Of a stretch of 11,397 bases of DNA, positions 7,137 to 11,397 are shown one piece after another. A program made the translations under genes and the position numbers. The DNA comes from Bdellovibrionota bacterium FG-2 (GTDB lineage: Bacteria; Bdellovibrionota; UBA1018), in the NCBI GenBank assembly GCA_051382305.1, contig JBBCAV010000267.1, positions 1-11,397 on the forward strand, read 5' to 3'. Numbering within the stretch: the first letter of the stretch is position 1; every line of letters starts with the position of its first letter. Below the pieces are notes generated by a model that ran no database searches, had not been told where the DNA came from, and saw only the letters and a program-made list of their open reading frames with translations.

Positions 7137-8015
7137 TCAACGGCTGCGCTGTAGTTTTCGTTCTCGAATTCGCGCGAGTCGTATCTGAATCACCTTCGGA
7201 GCGGGGTAGGACGACTTGATTGCCTCATAATTATTATATGCCGCATCGAGCTGGTCCATTTCCTCAAGACACGCGGCAATCCCAAATTTTGCTTCAGAAA
7301 CACGCCGGCTCGTCGGAAACTTCTTTATAAATCCCTCATAAGCATCAATCGCTTCTTGATAGGTCTCTAGTGCTTGGCCATGTCCTCCTGGGTGCTGTTC
7401 CCCTCTGGTGTAAAACGTGACCCCTTCTTCAAAAGATGCGGGCTCTGCCCAGGCTGTCTTTGAGTAACTTTTGGACACTTCTCCGAAGGCTTTGATGGCC
7501 TCATCGAACTCCGCTCGAAAGAAGTGCCCTTTTCCAATGCGAAAGAGAAATTCCGCCGCCTCCTCCTCTGGTGGTTTTTTTAAGAGGAGCGCCTGATAAT
7601 GTTGAATGGCTTGGTCATATTGCTCTAGTTTGGCAAATAAGATTTCGCCGATCAGTTTTTGAGCTTCCCAATAGTTCGGATTGTCTAAATTGATGGGATT
7701 TCCCACAAAAAGCTGCAGTTTTCGTAGGGCTTCGGAGTATTGGGAAAGAAAAAAAACCTGGGTAAACGCACCACGAAAAAGCGCTTGCTGTCCGGTCTTT
7801 CCCCTCGCATCTTGCGCGCTAGCGCGCTCAAACTCGGAAACCGCAGGAGCGTATTTACCGTCGTTCCAAAGTTTTTCAGCCAAAATATAGTGGCTTTTTG
7901 CCCCATTGGCGCTGCAACCCATCACCAGGAGTAAGAAAAATAACCCGTAAAAAGAAGGGGGAGGGTTAATCAGACACCTACTCCGTGGGCGGTTCGTTTG
8001 TTTGACCTGTGTCAT
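7137..8015 (-). CDS. Tetratricopeptide-repeat lipoprotein (BamD/CpoB-like repeats), about 292 aa
   Basis: Lipobox-like LLLVMG|C (Cys codon 7914-7916) and repeated TPR motifs ([52 protein letters not shown]). Start ATG at 8015 is preferred over TTG at 8036 because GAGGTG lies 7 nt upstream. Confidence 0.88.
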   Translation of the reverse strand: MTQVKQTNRPRSRCLINPPPSFYGLFFLLLVMGCSANGAKSHYILAEKLWNDGKYAPAVSEFERASAQDARGKTGQQALFRGAFTQVFFLSQYSEALRKLQLFVGNPINLDNPNYWEAQKLIGEILFAKLEQYDQAIQHYQALLLKKPPEEEAAEFLFRIGKGHFFRAEFDEAIKAFGEVSKSYSKTAWAEPASFEEGVTFYTRGEQHPGGHGQALETYQEAIDAYEGFIKKFPTSRRVSEAKFGIAACLEEMDQLDAAYNNYEAIKSSYPAPKVIQIRLARIRERKLQRSR

Positions 8016-10497
8016 TCGCCCCCACCTCGCTCGCAATCACCGCTTCTATATTTTCGGCCATGTATTCAAAGGATACAACTTTTTCTCCCTGAGCGACATT
8101 CATCACCCGTACACCTTGAGTGTTTCGTCCCTGCTCAGAAATTTCGCCCACATGGACACGAATCATTTGTCCGCGATTTGACACGAGCATCACGTCGTCT
8201 TTAGGAAGAACTTGACGAGTTCCCATGATGGCCCCGTTCCGGTCGGTGGTCTTCATCGTGATAATCCCTTTTCCACCACGGCTCTGCGTTCGATATTCCG
8301 ACACCGGCGTGCGCTTCCCATATCCGCTCTCAGTCATAGTCAAAATTTCAAAATTTTCAGCGGCCCGATTAAGTACCTCAAGAGCCACGACCAGATCCCC
8401 CTCATCTAGGCTCATCCCAATCACGCCGCGAGCGGCGCGCCCCATCGGACGAACATCTTCTTCACTAAAACGGATGCTCATCCCGTCTTTTGAACACAAG
8501 AAAATGTCATTATTAGAGTTCGTCACCCTTGCGCTGATCAACTCATCGCCATCATCTGTTGAGATTGCAACAATTCCCATGGTCCGAACATTACTAAAAT
8601 CACTCAAGGGGGTCTTCTTAACAATCCCCTTACGAGTCACCATAACAATAAACTCGGATTCCTTAAATTCACGCACTGGCAGAATCGCCTTAATTTTCTC
8701 GCCGGCCTGCAAAGATACTAGATTTACAATGGCCTTGCCTTTTGCGCCGCGCGTGGCTTCTGGAATTTTGTAAACCTTCAACCAGTAAACTCTGCCGCGA
8801 TCCGTGAAGCACAATAAGTAACTTAGAGTATTTGTTCGGTAGATCGCTGTCACAAAATCTTCATCGCCGGTCGTTACACCGCGAACGCCTTTGCCCCCGC
8901 GATGCTGACTACGGAAGGTGCCCGGATCAGAGCGCTTCACATATCCAGTATGGGTAATTGAAACGAGCGTATCGACGTCGGCGATGAGATCCTCGACTTC
9001 AAATTCTGAATCGGTTCCATAGACGATCTCGGTGCGTCGTTTGTCGCCAAACTTTTCACGAACCTCAACGAGCTCTTCGCTGATTTTTTCAAAGATGAGC
9101 TTTTCGCTCGCTAAGAGGGTTCGCAGATCGGCGATGAGGGCCAAGATGGCCTTGTATTCTTCGATAATCTTGTCGCGCTCGAGACCCGTCAAGCGCTGAA
9201 GCTTCATATCTAAAATCGCCTGCGCTTGCAGATTGCTAAAGGAAAACTGACTGATTAGACCCAAGCGCGCTTCTTCGGGGTTCTTCGAACCTTTAATTAA
9301 CGCAATCACGGCATCCAGATTTTCGACCGCGCGTTTTAATCCTTCCAAGATATGAAGACGGGCCTCGGCTTTCTTGAGTTCGAATATGGTCCTACGAACT
9401 ACGACGTCTTTTCGATGTTCAATGAAGGCCCAGAGCATATCTCTGAGATTAAAGGTCCGGGGCTGCCCTTGGTGAATGGCGAGCATATTTAAGCCAAAGT
9501 TTTCTTGAAGCGGCGTAAGTTTAAAAAGACGATTTAAAATCACATTCGCGTTTTCGCCTTTTTTAGTTTCAACAACTACGCGCATCCCCGTCCGATCAGA
9601 CTCGTCGCGAAGGTCGGAAATTCCTTCAACCTTTTTATCTCGAACCAAGTCCGCTATTTTCTCGATCAGCTTGGCTTTATTCACTTGATAAGGGAGTTCA
9701 GTAATAACAATTCGTTCGCGATCCCCTTTATAGGTTTCAATTTCGGTGCGGGCCCGAAGCGTGACAGACCCACGGCCCGTGCGATACGCTTCGCGAATAT
9801 TATCGCCGCCAAACATATACGCGCCGGTTGGGAAGTCAGGGCCCTTTACGTATTGAAGCATCGCATTTGTGTCGAGCGAGGGGTCTTTAATCAGCGCGAG
9901 TGCCGCATCGACCACTTCGGTGAGATTGTGGGGAGGAATGTTCGTTGCCATCCCGACGGCAATCCCGGAGGAGCCATTTACGAGAAGATTTGGGATTCGA
10001 GAAGGAAGAACTAACGGCTCCATGATGGTGCCGTCATAGTTTGGCCCAAGGTCGACGGTTTCCTTGTCGAGGTCAGCCAATAGTTCGTCGGTAATTTTGG
10101 CCATTCGAATTTCGGTATAACGCATGGCTGCTGCGGAATCGCCGTCGATGGAACCGAAGTTTCCTTGTCCGTCGATTAAAGGATAGCGAAGCGAGAAATC
10201 TTGCGCCATTCGAACAATTGTATCGTAAACGGCGGTATCTCCGTGAGGATGGTATTTACCGAGAACATCCCCGACCACGCGCGCGGATTTTTTGTAAGCT
10301 TTGTTATGGGTATTGCCCATATCGTACATCGCGTAAAGGGCGCGGCGATGTACGGGTTTAAGACCATCCCGGACGTCCGGAAGGGCGCGGCCGACGATCA
10401 CGCTCATCGCGTAATCGAGGTAGGCTCCACGCATTTCTTCTTCAATTGTTACAACGACGGTTCCCTTGTCGGGGGTTGTAGTTCCTGTTTCGCTCAT
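7978..10497 (-). CDS. gyrA: DNA gyrase subunit A, 839 aa
   Basis: [35 protein letters not shown], catalytic Tyr in AAMRYT, GyrA-box QHRGGKGV (distinguishes it from ParC), beta-pinwheel repeats and an acidic tail. Confidence 0.99.
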   Translation of the reverse strand: MSETGTTTPDKGTVVVTIEEEMRGAYLDYAMSVIVGRALPDVRDGLKPVHRRALYAMYDMGNTHNKAYKKSARVVGDVLGKYHPHGDTAVYDTIVRMAQDFSLRYPLIDGQGNFGSIDGDSAAAMRYTEIRMAKITDELLADLDKETVDLGPNYDGTIMEPLVLPSRIPNLLVNGSSGIAVGMATNIPPHNLTEVVDAALALIKDPSLDTNAMLQYVKGPDFPTGAYMFGGDNIREAYRTGRGSVTLRARTEIETYKGDRERIVITELPYQVNKAKLIEKIADLVRDKKVEGISDLRDESDRTGMRVVVETKKGENANVILNRLFKLTPLQENFGLNMLAIHQGQPRTFNLRDMLWAFIEHRKDVVVRRTIFELKKAEARLHILEGLKRAVENLDAVIALIKGSKNPEEARLGLISQFSFSNLQAQAILDMKLQRLTGLERDKIIEEYKAILALIADLRTLLASEKLIFEKISEELVEVREKFGDKRRTEIVYGTDSEFEVEDLIADVDTLVSITHTGYVKRSDPGTFRSQHRGGKGVRGVTTGDEDFVTAIYRTNTLSYLLCFTDRGRVYWLKVYKIPEATRGAKGKAIVNLVSLQAGEKIKAILPVREFKESEFIVMVTRKGIVKKTPLSDFSNVRTMGIVAISTDDGDELISARVTNSNNDIFLCSKDGMSIRFSEEDVRPMGRAARGVIGMSLDEGDLVVALEVLNRAAENFEILTMTESGYGKRTPVSEYRTQSRGGKGIITMKTTDRNGAIMGTRQVLPKDDVMLVSNRGQMIRVHVGEISEQGRNTQGVRVMNVAQGEKVVSFEYMAENIEAVIASEVGANDTGQTNEPPTE

Positions 10498-10503
10498 AAT
10501 TGC

Positions 10504-11397
10504 TTACCACCGAATAATCGCTGAAGACCAAGTAAACCCGCTACCGAAGGCACCGGAGGCAACCAGCATTCCTTTTTTTAATTTTCCCGCTTTTAATGCT
10601 TCATCAAAACCAATCGGGATGGTCGCGGCCGTCGTATTTCCAAACCGATCAATGGTATTGAAAATCTTATCCTCTGGAATCCCCATAGCCTTGGCAAGTG
10701 CCTCATTAATTCGAAGATTTGCCTGATGAACAATAAAAAGATCAATATCAGAAATTGAAATTTTATTTGTTTCAAACGCCTCATTCAGAACTTCTGTCAT
10801 GCGCCGAACAGCGTTTACAAAAACAAGCTTGCCATTCATTTTTGGATACTGCTCACCAGTCATTTTTTTGACCTGCATCCAATCGCCTGGGCGGGCCATG
10901 CTCGGCTCCTCGAGCCACAACTCTTTTGCAAAGCGTCCATCAGAATGAAGATGGGTTGATAAAATATGAGAGGTGTTTTTATCCTTTGGTCCCTCTGCTG
11001 CCCTCACCACAACCGCACCAGCGCCATCGCCGAACAAAACCGCGATATCGCGACCATTAGTATTCTTTTCTAGGGCTCTGGAATGTGTCTCCGCACCAAC
11101 GACAAGAACCGTTCTAGCGGCGCCCGTCTTGATAAATTGATCTGCTACTGAAAGCCCATAAAGAAACCCTGAACACTGCTGCCGAATGTCCATCGCAGGG
11201 ATTCCGGGCGTTCCAAGCTTTGCTTGGAAAAAACAAGCGGTCCCCGGAAAAACATGATCGGGACTCAGGGTCGCCAAAAGGATCATGTCTAGCTCTTCTT
11301 TTTGGATTCCCGCGTTTTCAATCGCCTTTTTTGCGGCTTCTAGCGCAAGATCTGAGGTGCAGGTCGCACTGTCTTGATCAACCCAATGACGTTGTTT
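10504..11397 (-). CDS. fabH: 3-oxoacyl-ACP synthase III (FabH/KAS III family), 5'-truncated by the window
   Basis: The frame is open to the window edge (KQRHWV...TSDLALEAAKKAI...). Catalytic triad motifs QQCSGF, HQAN and GNT, plus LFGDGAGA and FGSGFTW. Confidence 0.96.
   Translation of the reverse strand, partial: KQRHWVDQDSATCTSDLALEAAKKAIENAGIQKEELDMILLATLSPDHVFPGTACFFQAKLGTPGIPAMDIRQQCSGFLYGLSVADQFIKTGAARTVLVVGAETHSRALEKNTNGRDIAVLFGDGAGAVVVRAAEGPKDKNTSHILSTHLHSDGRFAKELWLEEPSMARPGDWMQVKKMTGEQYPKMNGKLVFVNAVRRMTEVLNEAFETNKISISDIDLFIVHQANLRINEALAKAMGIPEDKIFNTIDRFGNTTAATIPIGFDEALKAGKLKKGMLVASGAFGSGFTWSSAIIRW

Noticed and set aside
6889..7140. 83-aa minus-strand ORF
   Set aside because: It is an alternative frame over atpZ, which has the SD and the family pattern.
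8225..8773. 182-aa + strand ORF (and the 109-aa and 107-aa ORFs at 9685 and 10201)
   Set aside because: Antisense shadows of gyrA with no recognisable motifs.
8250..8930. Repeated RGGKG / R.A.GV motifs in the gyrA 3' part
   Set aside because: These are the normal beta-pinwheel blade repeats of the GyrA C-terminal domain.
10222..10260. Thr at the GyrA Ser83-equivalent position (HGDTAVYD) as quinolone resistance
   Set aside because: Thr is the wild-type residue in many susceptible taxa and the Asp87 equivalent is intact.
11284..11286. ATG at 11286 as the fabH start
   Set aside because: The frame continues to the window edge with conserved FabH sequence (R-H-W...TSDLA).
1..11397. CRISPR array, tRNA/rRNA, IS/prophage or defence system
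   Set aside because: The window is almost fully coding. I saw no spaced direct repeats, terminal inverted repeats, recombinase or nuclease genes, or RNA-gene signatures by eye; a covariance-model scan was not possible.

Overview
Mostly a housekeeping region from a diderm bacterium. The gene order (gyrA - TPR lipoprotein - atpZ - atpI - atpB - atpE, with the atp operon split) and the c-subunit style resemble Bdellovibrionota/deltaproteobacteria; this taxonomy is inference. The + strand holds the 3' part of a phosphomannomutase/phosphoglucomutase gene overlapping uvrA by 8 nt. The - strand holds the 3' part of a fabH-family gene, gyrA, a TPR lipoprotein gene and the Fo-only cluster atpZ-atpI-atpB-atpE, closed by a clear intrinsic terminator. 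After that comes an unrecognised 532-aa secreted protein whose 3' end overlaps the 3' end of uvrA by 98 nt. I see no mobile element, CRISPR array or RNA gene, and no complete novel multi-gene system. The best leads are: (1) a UvrA that keeps its UvrB-binding domain but has the insertion domain replaced by a 34-aa linker; (2) the orphan secreted protein with a beta-barrel-like middle, preceded by a sigma54-type -24/-12 motif and a candidate enhancer dyad; (3) fabH sitting where gyrB is expected; (4) unusual ion-pathway residues in Fo subunits a and c.
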